From Candidatus Aenigmatarchaeota archaeon (GTDB lineage Archaea; Aenigmatarchaeota; Aenigmatarchaeia; Aenigmatarchaeales; JACQIB01), in the NCBI GenBank assembly GCA_046760225.1, contig JBHIDR010000017.1, positions 1-18,274 on the forward strand: a stretch of DNA of 18,274 bases, given 5' to 3'. Below the pieces are notes generated by a model. It saw only the letters and a list, made by a program, of their open reading frames with translations, did no database searches and had not been told where the DNA came from. Shown one piece after another: positions 1-8,022 of this stretch. Numbering within the stretch: the first letter of the stretch is position 1; every line of letters starts with the position of its first letter. Both the position numbers and the translations under genes were made by a program.

Positions 1-1
1 G

Positions 2-583
2 GCGCTCCAGGAAACACTTTCCAACTTTTTCTCAGGAATTTACCTGATATTCGACAGGCCTTTCAAGACAGGTGATGTGATAACCCTGGGTTCAGGCCAT
101 ACAGGCACAGTGCTTGAAGTAGGCACGCGATCTGCCAAAATCAAGACATTTGACAACACGATTGTAACAATACCCAATGCAGAGCTTGCCAAATCAATAA
201 TAACAAACCTCTCTGCACCAGATTCAATAATAAGGGTCAAGCTGCCAATAAGTGTTGCCTATGGAAGCAACATAAACCAAGTCAAGCAGCTACTCGAGGA
301 TGTAACAAAGGAGGATCCTGCTGTTGTGGGAGATCCACAGCCAGCTGCAAGGTTCATGAAGTTCGGCGACTTCTCCCTTGATTTTGAGCTCATGCTCTGG
401 GTTGATTCATTGGGAAAGAAGCTGGACACAATACACAGGATAAACACCAGCATCAACGATGCACTTGAGAAAGCAGGCATAGAGATACCATTCCCCACAA
501 GGACGCTCTACAATGTCATGATAGACAGCGGAAAGAGCAACCAGATTCAGCAGCCTACTCAGGTCCAAGAACCTGCATTCTGA
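2..583 (+). CDS. mscS: Small-conductance mechanosensitive channel (MscS family), 5'-truncated by the window edge
   Basis: Frame is open from nt 2: ALQETLSNFFSGIYLIFDRPFKTGDVI...VGTRSAKIKTFDNTIVTIPNAEL...AGIEIPFPTR, matching MscS TM3, beta-domain and C-terminal motifs. Confidence 0.95.
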   Translation, partial: ALQETLSNFFSGIYLIFDRPFKTGDVITLGSGHTGTVLEVGTRSAKIKTFDNTIVTIPNAELAKSIITNLSAPDSIIRVKLPISVAYGSNINQVKQLLEDVTKEDPAVVGDPQPAARFMKFGDFSLDFELMLWVDSLGKKLDTIHRINTSINDALEKAGIEIPFPTRTLYNVMIDSGKSNQIQQPTQVQEPAF

Positions 584-587
584 AAGG

Positions 588-593
588 ATTTAA
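588..593 (+). promoter_or_regulatory. Archaeal TATA box for dcd (probably leaderless)
   Basis: TTTAAA preceded by purine-rich GAAAGGA, 22 nt before the ATG at 616; no SD motif. Confidence 0.55.
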
Positions 594-615
594 AGTTTAG
601 TGACAAATTCTCTCT

Positions 616-1716
616 ATGGCTATTTATTCTGATACTGACTTCAGGAAGAACAGGAAGCTCAGGTTCAGTCCCAGGCTGAAGCGGGTGGGCCCGTCTTCCC
701 AGGACCTGCACATAGGCAGGCTGTACAAGCAAAAGCACCTGGAGCATGACATAACTACTTCGGATGGGTGGCTGAACTACCTTAAGGAGATAGAGTCAAT
801 TGACTCTGATGTACCATGGACAAAGTTCAGGACAGGACTGGAAAAGGAGCCAACAATGAAAAGGGACAATGAGGATGTCTGGGTACTGAGGCCAGGTCGC
901 ATGTACCTTGCAGAGAGCATAGAGAAGATTACATTGCCAAAGGGCCTGGGTGTTGATGTTGACACAAGGAGCAGCTGGGCAAGATATGGTGTAAGGGTGG
1001 AGCATGTTGATGATGAGCTGAAAGGTTTCTCAGGCTACAAGGGCCATATCCCCCTCATGATAGTATCCTGTGACACGCCAGTGGTCTTGAGGCCAAGGGA
1101 CAGGATATGCCAGGCAATTGTGTATGATGAAAGAGGCAAGGGAATACTGGGCAACAACGGGATATTCGAGGCAATCACGAACAAGGAAATAGAGTGCTAT
1201 AAGCTGGCCATGTTCAATCCCAAGATAAAATTACCGAGCATCAACATAGACAGGCATTCCATTCATCTCACGCTTAATCCAAACATAAAGAGGTTTAATG
1301 ACAAGATTATAGACCCAAAGGAGGACTTGTCAGGAAAATACCTTGACATCAATATAACAGGCGGTTATGAAATACCTTACAAGAAATTCTTCCTTGGTTC
1401 GTCCAATGAAATACTCAGAATAGGCAAAAAACATGTTGCACTGCTCAGGGAGATATTCACTTCTCCTGAAAGGGTCAGGACGCACTCCAATGCAGGATAT
1501 GTTGACCCCGGATTCGAGGGAACAATAACACTTGAACAGTTCGTGGTCCCTGATGGACCCAACACGATTTATCCTGACATGAAGATGGGCGAGGTTGAGA
1601 TATGCAGGCTAAAGAGCCCGTGCACCAAGCCCTACAAGTCAAAGTACAGCGGCCAGTTCGGTGCCACAGCAAGCAAAGGCCATCTGGATTTCAAGAAGAA
1701 AAAGCGAAAGAAATAA
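616..1716 (+). CDS. dcd: dCTP deaminase with two tandem dUTPase-fold domains
   Basis: N-domain has PSSQDLHIG, TRSSWARYG and DRICQ; C-domain has HSNAGYVDPGFEGTITLE and PYKSKYSGQ. At 366 aa it is about twice a normal Dcd. Confidence 0.85.
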   Translation: MAIYSDTDFRKNRKLRFSPRLKRVGPSSQDLHIGRLYKQKHLEHDITTSDGWLNYLKEIESIDSDVPWTKFRTGLEKEPTMKRDNEDVWVLRPGRMYLAESIEKITLPKGLGVDVDTRSSWARYGVRVEHVDDELKGFSGYKGHIPLMIVSCDTPVVLRPRDRICQAIVYDERGKGILGNNGIFEAITNKEIECYKLAMFNPKIKLPSINIDRHSIHLTLNPNIKRFNDKIIDPKEDLSGKYLDINITGGYEIPYKKFFLGSSNEILRIGKKHVALLREIFTSPERVRTHSNAGYVDPGFEGTITLEQFVVPDGPNTIYPDMKMGEVEICRLKSPCTKPYKSKYSGQFGATASKGHLDFKKKKRKK

Positions 1717-1751
1717 TTCTCTATTTAAAGATTTTCCCCTTTAATTTATAG

Positions 1752-2090
1752 ATGAGCGCTTCTTCAGAATGGCTTATTCCGCATCCCAACTACAGCGAAG
1801 ATGGAACATATGTTTTTCAGAACATTGAGTTGCGAGAGGCAATTAGGGAATTTCCTGCGCTCTTCGCCTACTTCCCACTCAAGGAAGGTTTGCCCAAGCT
1901 GCTAGAGAAAACCGAGGCGCATTATAAATCAGAGAAAGTAGGTGCACAGAACCAGAACTGGTACAAGGATGCCATAAGCTTCACAAGAGCGGCCAAAGAA
2001 GATTACGAAGCCGGCCATGCAAAGATAATCATGTTCTATGGCAATTACCAGGACAAGGACAGAAGACTCGTTCTTGTATTTGAAAAATGA
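1752..2090 (+). CDS. Hypothetical protein (112 aa)
   Basis: ATG-started ORF with TTTAAA at 1724-1729 at promoter spacing; no motif recognised. Its stop codon abuts the repeat at 2091. Confidence 0.7.
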   Translation: MSASSEWLIPHPNYSEDGTYVFQNIELREAIREFPALFAYFPLKEGLPKLLEKTEAHYKSEKVGAQNQNWYKDAISFTRAAKEDYEAGHAKIIMFYGNYQDKDRRLVLVFEK

Positions 2091-2134
2091 TGGTGGGCCC
2101 GGAGGGAACCGCCCCTCAGGCTCTAGAGAACCTG
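2091..2134 (-). repeat. tRNA-3'-end-containing direct repeat, copy 1 (att-like)
   Basis: Minus strand CAGGTTCTCTAGAGCCTGAGGGGCGGTTCCCTCCGGGCCCACCA; 37/44 identical to 3113-3156; ends in a tRNA T-stem/acceptor/ACCA. Confidence 0.85.
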
Positions 2135-2147
2135 TAATGGTTTTGGA

Positions 2148-2180
2148 CCGTGGTGGTGCCTGGCGGAACCACGGCTTTTT
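2148..2180 (+). terminator. GC-rich hairpin followed by a T5 tract (possible terminator)
   Basis: CCGTGGT (2148-2154) pairs with ACCACGG (2168-2174), then CTTTTT; lies between convergent ORFs. Confidence 0.35.
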
Positions 2181-2244
2181 GTATAATTAGCGTTGCTTAC
2201 AGATATCATTAACGCCGACAGAAAGCGATAATTAATTATGCTTC

Positions 2245-2400
2245 TCATTCCTTGGTATATTCAAAGACACCATAGCCAAATGAGGTATTTCTAAACCTCT
2301 TCTCGAAATATTTCATATCTGGAAAGAACTCTTCATTTTTATAATTGGGTCTTCCTTTTCCTTGAGGAGCGCTTCTCTTACACTTTCTTCTTTTATTCAT
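2245..2400 (-). CDS. Small basic hypothetical protein (51 aa), not in the ORF track
   Basis: Hand translation MNKRRKCKRSAPQGKGRPNYKNEEFFPDMKYFEKRFRNTSFGYGVFEYTKE; minus-strand TTTAAATA (2423-2430) with purine-rich BRE-like flank 22 nt upstream. Confidence 0.45.
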   Translation of the reverse strand: MNKRRKCKRSAPQGKGRPNYKNEEFFPDMKYFEKRFRNTSFGYGVFEYTKE

Positions 2401-2585
2401 GCTAGAGAATTGTGCAATTTGATATTTAAACCTTTATTATTTTTCACTCAATCCTTACCCCATGCAAATGAAGTTTATCTTGGATTCGACTGGCTCCTCA
2501 TCCGGGTGACTACATTTCTTAGTTTTGTGGTCACCTCCTCTTCCTTATGGACCGAAGTTAACTTTATGTTAGACATAAACAAATT

Positions 2586-2972
2586 ATGGATATGGAAATA
2601 ACATACCTGACAGAAGAAGAAATAATACAGATAAACAAAGATGTGGTATCCGAAAGTGCCGTGGAGACGGACACATTTGGGCTTCTTAAGGAAAAAGACC
2701 TTAATTTCTTGGTTGAAAGAATACGAGGAATGAAGAACATTTGGGATGCTGCTGCTAAACTCCTTACAGGACTTATAGAAGGCCATATTTTTCTTGAGGG
2801 AAATAAGCGAACAGCCCTAAGTGCCTTGGAGACGTTTTTAAAGCTCAACGGCTATAATTTTAGTATAGAGATAAACGAGATTAAAGTCCTGTACGACATA
2901 GCTGAACAAAAGATGAATTTCAAGGAAATACGGGAGTGGATAAAGGAGCATTCGGTGAAAGAGCATGGTTAG
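2586..2972 (+). CDS. doc: Doc-type Fic-family toxin (death-on-curing)
   Basis: HIFLEGNKRTA fits the Doc variant HxFx[DE]GNKR of the Fic motif; typical YLTEEEIIQIN start and FLKLNG segment; 128 aa. Confidence 0.9.
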   Translation: MDMEITYLTEEEIIQINKDVVSESAVETDTFGLLKEKDLNFLVERIRGMKNIWDAAAKLLTGLIEGHIFLEGNKRTALSALETFLKLNGYNFSIEINEIKVLYDIAEQKMNFKEIREWIKEHSVKEHG

Positions 2973-3081
2973 AAAATTCGTGATAGAAACCGCGAAAAAG
3001 TTAAGAGAAAGAGATAGAAGTATTTTTAATTATCTTGCGAGGGAAGAGGAAGCCAGGAAAAGAATGAGAGCTGTTTCTTAG
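2965..3081 (+). CDS. Putative Doc antitoxin peptide (38 aa), not in the ORF track
   Basis: MVRKFVIETAKKLRERDRSIFNYLAREEEARKRMRAVS; overlaps the end of doc by 8 nt; amphipathic helix ending in YLA recalls the Doc-neutralising tails of Phd/AbrB-type antitoxins (inference). Confidence 0.55.
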   Translation: MVRKFVIETAKKLRERDRSIFNYLAREEEARKRMRAVS

Positions 3082-3112
3082 ACTAAGCTCAGGTTCTCCT
3101 TTACCTCGGGTA

Positions 3113-3156
3113 TGGTGGGCCCGGATGGAACCTGCCCTCAGGTTCAAGATAACCCG
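3113..3156 (-). repeat. tRNA-3'-end-containing direct repeat, copy 2 (att-like)
   Basis: Minus strand CGGGTTATCTTGAACCTGAGGGCAGGTTCCATCCGGGCCCACCA; 37/44 identical to 2091-2134; its CCA lies 70 bp downstream of the tRNA-Arg CCA. Confidence 0.85.
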
Positions 3157-3182
3157 AAACGAGTTCTCCGACACCTCAGGGT

Positions 3183-3261
3183 TGGTGGGCCTCGAGGGAT
3201 TCGAACCCCCGACCTGCTGGTCCGAAGCCAGCCGCTCTAATCCAAGCTGAGCTAGAGGCCC
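3183..3261 (-). tRNA. tRNA-Arg (anticodon UCG), intronless, CCA encoded
   Basis: GGGCCTC TA GCTC AGCTTGGATTA GAGC G GCTGG CT TCG GA CCAGC AGGTC GGGGG TTCGAAT CCCTC GAGGCCC A CCA folds as a full cloverleaf; TTTAAAA upstream at about 3285-3291. Confidence 0.97.
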
Positions 3262-3293
3262 AATATAGAATAAGTTCCCGGGTCTTTTAAACA

Positions 3294-3851
3294 CTATCGC
3301 TCAAAATAGCCCCCATCTAATAGGAGGTTGATCACCGCACTGTAGGTCTCATCAGGGGTGAGTTTTCCCGTATCAATCATGCCAATGTATAATTCGCGGT
3401 CCCTGTAGTCGCCGCCGAATTTTTTGCAGCAGAAACTGGCTTCCGCGTTTTCTCGCTCCTGGAGGTCTCTTTCAGCCTTTTCCACTGTAATTCCTTCCAG
3501 GTTTGCCTCCCGTTGCGCACGCACCCCTAATTTCGCTGTTATGTAAACCGGAAAGAATTCTTTTTTAAGGCGCAGGCCAGCCTGCTTGCATATGACAGGT
3601 TCGCAGCGGCCGTCAAAAATAACGTCACCCTCCTGGACTATTTCCACCACAGTATCGATGATTTCATTAAGGATATCATCTGGAATCACTGAAAAGTATT
3701 TGTGAAATTCTATCTTCTTATCACCTGCAAAATCCTTTACCAGTTCACCTGGAGAGATATATTTCAGTCCGGTGGCTTCTGCAACCCTTTTGGCTACAGT
3801 GGTTTTGCCTGACCTGGGTAGGCCTGAGAATAGCAGTGCTGGTTTGTGCAT
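3294..3851 (-). CDS. cmk: Archaeal-type cytidylate kinase
   Basis: N-terminal P-loop SGLPRSGKTT, YISPGE, VIFDGR, A...VRAQR...EGI and IDTGKL follow the archaeal (d)CMP kinase pattern. Confidence 0.8.
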   Translation of the reverse strand: MHKPALLFSGLPRSGKTTVAKRVAEATGLKYISPGELVKDFAGDKKIEFHKYFSVIPDDILNEIIDTVVEIVQEGDVIFDGRCEPVICKQAGLRLKKEFFPVYITAKLGVRAQREANLEGITVEKAERDLQERENAEASFCCKKFGGDYRDRELYIGMIDTGKLTPDETYSAVINLLLDGGYFER

Positions 3852-3930
3852 ATAGATATTTTAGTATAAAACTTTAAATCAGCAACAGCTTGGCACAAAC
3901 ATATATTCTTTCAATGTAATTATTGTAGGC

Positions 3931-5514
3931 ATGTGCGGGATTGCTGGTGTGTATACTCCCGGAAAGAGCGTTGTAGTAAAACTGGCCAAGATTATGAAGA
4001 AAGAATGGACCAGGGGACACACTTCTTTCGGTATAGAGACCTATGATGAGAAGGGAAACCTCTACATAAGAAAAGGGATGAGAACGCCGGGTGATGAAGA
4101 CCTCGAAGGCCTGAAGGGGGACATAGGGATAGGACACCAGAGATATTCCACGCGTGGCTCGAACAAAAAGTATTTTCTGAAAAGGAATTCCCAGCCGATG
4201 TCATTGCACATTTTCCCGATAAAGGGCGGCGGGTTTGTGGCCGAGCGTTGCGACTATGTCTATGAGGATGAGTTGGAAGTAAAGAGCATGATGTCGATCG
4301 CTCATAATGGGGACATATTCAATACGGAAGAAAGGAGAGATTATCATTACCAATGCGACATAAAGTATTTTGCCTGGCCATTTGCAGATGAGCTTGCAAA
4401 AGATTATGATGGAACAATATCCAAGGAAAAGCTTACCAAGGTTGCCCGGAAAGTTATCCCGCAACTCAAGGGAAGTTTTTCTTTTGTTGGTTACACGGTC
4501 GATAGGAATCGCAACAAGACCATGTTCGCAGGAAGGGACCCGTGGGGGATAAAACCGGGCTTCATAGGAGAGGTTGACGGGGGATACGCGGTGGCCTCGG
4601 AGGACGCCGCGCTCAAGACCATAGGCTGTAAGAGGGAGGATATATTCGAAATGAAGCAGGGGCATTTCTACATCATTGATATGGATCATGACACTGAAAG
4701 GGTGGAAGTCGAGGATGTAGAAATAAAGGTAGAGAAACCTGCTTTTTGCGCCTTTGAATTCGTATACTTCGCGGACAGGAACACCACTTTTCGCGGGAGG
4801 AACGTGGCAAGAATAAGGAATGAGATGGGAAGAAGGCTCGGAAAGGAACATCCTCTCAATGTCCATATGGTCGTCCCTATTCCGGAATCCGGGAGGTCCG
4901 TGGCCATCGGTTATTCCCATGCAACAGGCGTACTTTACGAAGAAGGTTATAGCAAGAACAGAGGAATAAGCGATATACGTACTTTCATATTGCAGGAACA
5001 GGAGGCGCGTGATGAAGAGGTGCTGAATAAATTGGATCCCATCAGGGAGGTTCTTGAAGGAATGGACGTCGCGGTGGCGGATGACAGCCTGGTGCGCGGG
5101 ACCACCATGAGAAAACTAGTCAAAAGGACGCGAGATGAAGGCGGGGCAAACGAGGTCCATGTGCTCATGGGATGCCCGCCGCAGGTATCGCCCTGTTATC
5201 TTGGAATAGACATGAGGACGCGAGGAGAGTTCGCTGCAGCGCGGGCGGCAAGGAGGCTGGGTTATGATATCTACAAGGGGTTCCGTGATTTTGATAACAT
5301 GGGCCTGACAAAGGAAGAGCTCGTGAACGTGATTGAAGAGATAAAGGAGGAGATAGGCGCGGACGGTCTATACTATCTCAGCTTTGAGGGGATGAGCGAA
5401 ATAGTAGGTGATGGCTATTGCTTTGGTTGCTGGAACCCATCATTGAACCCAAAGGATTTGAGGAAGGACATAATCAGTTCTATAAGGGATAATCCAGAAG
5501 GATACAGGGTCTAA
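3931..5514 (+). CDS. purF: Amidophosphoribosyltransferase
   Basis: Ntn nucleophile MCGIAG, GHQRYSTRG, AHNGDI, RDPWGIKP, CAFEFVYFA, VPIPESG, PRPP loop DDSLVRGTT, SPCYLGIDM and CFGC (Fe-S-type cysteines). Confidence 0.97.
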   Translation: MCGIAGVYTPGKSVVVKLAKIMKKEWTRGHTSFGIETYDEKGNLYIRKGMRTPGDEDLEGLKGDIGIGHQRYSTRGSNKKYFLKRNSQPMSLHIFPIKGGGFVAERCDYVYEDELEVKSMMSIAHNGDIFNTEERRDYHYQCDIKYFAWPFADELAKDYDGTISKEKLTKVARKVIPQLKGSFSFVGYTVDRNRNKTMFAGRDPWGIKPGFIGEVDGGYAVASEDAALKTIGCKREDIFEMKQGHFYIIDMDHDTERVEVEDVEIKVEKPAFCAFEFVYFADRNTTFRGRNVARIRNEMGRRLGKEHPLNVHMVVPIPESGRSVAIGYSHATGVLYEEGYSKNRGISDIRTFILQEQEARDEEVLNKLDPIREVLEGMDVAVADDSLVRGTTMRKLVKRTRDEGGANEVHVLMGCPPQVSPCYLGIDMRTRGEFAAARAARRLGYDIYKGFRDFDNMGLTKEELVNVIEEIKEEIGADGLYYLSFEGMSEIVGDGYCFGCWNPSLNPKDLRKDIISSIRDNPEGYRV

Positions 5515-6770
5515 GGTGTGACCCTGTCCAGGGTTCTTGGGAACGCTATTGTGTCAAAGATATGGGGCGCTCCTGTGAGCCACATCACTAACCTCTCTAT
5601 TCCAAGACCGAACCCGCTGTGCGGAACTGTTCCATAGCGGCGGAGGTCAATATACCATTCATAATCCTTCTTGGGCAGCTTGAAGAGCTTGAGGGATTCT
5701 AGCAGTTTCTCCTTGTCATAAATCCTCTCTGAGCCGCCGATTATTTCACCAACCCTTGGCACGAGCAGGTCTGCGCCAAGAACAACCTTGGGATCCTTGG
5801 GATCAGGCTCCATATAGAAAGCCTTCATCTCACGCGGGAACCTCTCAAGAAACACAGGAGCCTTTGCACCTATTTTTTCCATTAGCTCCCTCTCCTCTTT
5901 GTCAGTGAGGTCATGCCCCCATTTGAGCCCGAGCTTTTTTATGGCATCTGCATACATTATCCTCTTGAAAGGCGCTGTGAGCTGTTCGAGGTCAGTTGTG
6001 TCTCTGCCAAGCTCTTTCAGCTCCTTCTTGCAGTGCTTCAGTACATGCTTTACAATGTGCAGTATCATGTCTTCCTGGAACTTGATTATCTCCTCATAAC
6101 CTACCCAGGCAAGCTCGACCTCAGCAGTCCAGTACTCAGACAGATGCCTAACTGTCCTGCTCTTCTCAGCCCTGAATGCCGGAGTAATCGTGTATATGCG
6201 CTCAAGTGCCTGTATCATGGCCTCAGCATAGAGCTGCCAGCTCAGGGAGAGGTAAACACCCTTCTTGTCACCATACTTCTTGACTTCAAAGAGCTCTGCG
6301 CCTGTTTCACAGGCAGATTTTGTGAATATTGGTGATTGCACCTCATGGCATCTGCGCGACCTGCAAAAATCATGAATTGCCCTGAAGACCTCGCTGCGCA
6401 CCTTCATGATCTCAGTGAGCTTTCTGCTGCGAATCCAGAGATGCCGCACATCGCGCAGGAATTCCTCAGAGAGGTCCCTTCCTATTGGAAATCTTTCAGC
6501 AAGGCCTATTATTCCAAGCTCCTTTGCCTGTATTTCATAGCCGCCTGGTGCGCGCTTGTCCTCCTTTACACTGCCCCTGACAGTCACAGATGATTCTATT
6601 GTTGCTTTCTCAGCCTCAGGAATCCCCTTGCATGCTAGCTGTATTATTCCAGAGCTGTCCCTGAGTATAATGAACACTATCTCCTTCTGCTCCCTCTTCC
6701 TGTATACCCATCCGCGCAAGGACACTTCTTTGCCCCTGTACTTCGGGACATCGCTTATTGGCACGAACAT
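5511..6770 (-). CDS. asnS: Asparagine--tRNA ligase
   Basis: OB fold (LRGWVYRKR, FIILRDSSG), QLYAE, FRAEKSRTVRHLSEYW, GEIIGGSER, YEWYIDLRRYGTVPHSGFGLGIER. ATG at 6770 preferred over TTG at 6779 (GGGGTTGA SD-like motif upstream). Confidence 0.93.
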   Translation of the reverse strand: MFVPISDVPKYRGKEVSLRGWVYRKREQKEIVFIILRDSSGIIQLACKGIPEAEKATIESSVTVRGSVKEDKRAPGGYEIQAKELGIIGLAERFPIGRDLSEEFLRDVRHLWIRSRKLTEIMKVRSEVFRAIHDFCRSRRCHEVQSPIFTKSACETGAELFEVKKYGDKKGVYLSLSWQLYAEAMIQALERIYTITPAFRAEKSRTVRHLSEYWTAEVELAWVGYEEIIKFQEDMILHIVKHVLKHCKKELKELGRDTTDLEQLTAPFKRIMYADAIKKLGLKWGHDLTDKEERELMEKIGAKAPVFLERFPREMKAFYMEPDPKDPKVVLGADLLVPRVGEIIGGSERIYDKEKLLESLKLFKLPKKDYEWYIDLRRYGTVPHSGFGLGIERLVMWLTGAPHIFDTIAFPRTLDRVTP

Positions 6771-6810
6771 CTTAATCAACCCCTATTTGTCTTTTCTCTG
6801 TTTTAAATGT

Positions 6811-6885
6811 TGGCGCCCGGAGCTGGACTCGAACCAGCACCCTCTTGGTTAACAGCCAAGCGCTCTTCCATTGAGCTATCCGGGC
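6811..6885 (-). tRNA. tRNA-Asn (anticodon GUU), intronless, CCA encoded
   Basis: GCCCGGA TA GCTC AATGGAA GAGC G CTTGG CT GTT AA CCAAG AGGGT GCTGG TTCGAGT CCAGC TCCGGGC G CCA, a 75-nt cloverleaf. Confidence 0.97.
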
Positions 6886-6893
6886 TTTGCCAA

Positions 6894-7853
6894 TCATACA
6901 CTCACCTCTCCTGGAAGCTTTGGAAACGGTGCTGCCTGTTCCACTCTTTCAAGTCCGCAGACAAATCTGGTAAGCCTTTCCAGGCCGAAACCAAAACCTG
7001 CTGTTGGCTTGATCCTGCTTTTTTTCAGCAAGTCCAGATACCAACTGTATATTCTGGGCTTTTCACCAACCTGCTTCAGCTTCTTTGTTATTAGTTCTGG
7101 TATGTCTTCCCTCTGACTTCCAGACACTGCCTCGCCAAAACCCTTTGGATATATCATGTCAAAGGCGAGGAGCTTTTCCCTTTGTTTTGGGTATATTTTG
7201 TCGTAAAATCCTCGTGAGCCAGTTGGGTAGTCCACTATGAAGAACGGTTCATCAAACTGCATTGATATTGCTTTTTCAGCTTCCCATGGAATCTCCTTTC
7301 CTTCTTCTATGGAAAAGCCAAGCTTTTCTGCTAGTTTTAATGCTTCTTTGTATGGCAGCCTCTTGAAAGGAAGTTTCGGGACCTTTAGCTCCTTTCCCAG
7401 CTTTTTCTTGACAACAGGCATGATTTCTCTCATTATGTCCCTTAAAATAGTTTCTGCTACTTCCATGGCCCTGTCCCTGCTGGCCCCGCTCAACTCAACA
7501 TCTATTTGCCAGAACTCACACAAGTGGCGTCCTGTTTTTCTTGCTGATAAAGGCTCCTTTCTGAGGCACGGAGATATGGAAAATACCTTTCCAAGCGCAC
7601 TGGCAGCCAGCATCTTTTGCAGAATCATGCTGCTGGTCACTTTCCACCTTTTGCCATAAAAGTCAACCTCGAACTGCTTGGCTCCTCTCAGGCCGGGATC
7701 AGTTGCAGATGCTATTATGGGCGGCCTTATCTCGAGAAAGCCCTGTCTTTCCAGGCTTGATTTGGCAGCAGCTATTATGGCATCCTGTATCTCAAGGACG
7801 TCCCTCATGCCCCTCAGCCTTTCAACTGGACATGCCTGTAACTTGCGCCTCAT
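6894..7853 (-). CDS. Archaeal asparagine synthetase (AS-AR / AsnRS2, truncated AsnRS paralog)
   Basis: 319-aa class IIb aaRS catalytic core with no anticodon domain: IIASATDPG, TSSMILQK, SPCLRKE, GRHLCEFWQIDVE, GEAVSGSQRE, PTAGFGFGLERLTRFVCG; SD GGAGGTG. Confidence 0.9.
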   Translation of the reverse strand: MRRKLQACPVERLRGMRDVLEIQDAIIAAAKSSLERQGFLEIRPPIIASATDPGLRGAKQFEVDFYGKRWKVTSSMILQKMLAASALGKVFSISPCLRKEPLSARKTGRHLCEFWQIDVELSGASRDRAMEVAETILRDIMREIMPVVKKKLGKELKVPKLPFKRLPYKEALKLAEKLGFSIEEGKEIPWEAEKAISMQFDEPFFIVDYPTGSRGFYDKIYPKQREKLLAFDMIYPKGFGEAVSGSQREDIPELITKKLKQVGEKPRIYSWYLDLLKKSRIKPTAGFGFGLERLTRFVCGLERVEQAAPFPKLPGEVSV

Positions 7854-8011
7854 TTCAACACCTCCAGGGCAACCCTGACCTTAGAACTAGGGCTTATTTT
7901 CTTGATCTTCCTGACTTCCTTTGGAACAATTATCCTTCCTTTAGAATCAAGCTTAGCAGTGAAACTAGACAGGTCTTCAAACGCCCTTTTCCAAGTTTTC
8001 TCGTTCACCAC
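7850..8011 (-). CDS. AbrB/MazE/SpoVT-family DNA-binding protein (about 53 aa), not in the ORF track
   Basis: Hand translation MVNEKTWKRAFEDLSSFTAKLDSKGRIIVPKEVRKIKKISPSSKVRVALEVLK; LDSKGRIIVPKEVR is the swapped-hairpin signature; GTG start 9 nt after AGGTGA; TGA overlaps the AS-AR ATG (ATGA). Confidence 0.85.
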   Translation of the reverse strand: MVNEKTWKRAFEDLSSFTAKLDSKGRIIVPKEVRKIKKISPSSKVRVALEVLK

Positions 8012-8022
8012 GCATTGGTTTC

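Noticed and set aside
2091..2180. A complete intron-containing tRNA ending at 2091
   Set aside because: No complementary 5' acceptor strand (GGGCCCG), D-arm or valid BHB found upstream on the minus strand.
3001..3294. 97-aa minus-strand ORF (likewise 6807-7094 on the plus strand)
   Set aside because: These are translations across tRNA genes.
5511..5514. 4-nt convergent overlap of the purF and asnS stop codons
   Set aside because: Common in compact genomes; no further signal.
7977..8015. 12-codon out-of-frame ORF (MRGERENLEKGV) 5 nt after the SD of the AbrB-like gene, as an Asn-sensing leader peptide
   Set aside because: Only one Asn codon and no attenuator structure seen; the in-frame GTG at 8011 is an adequate start.
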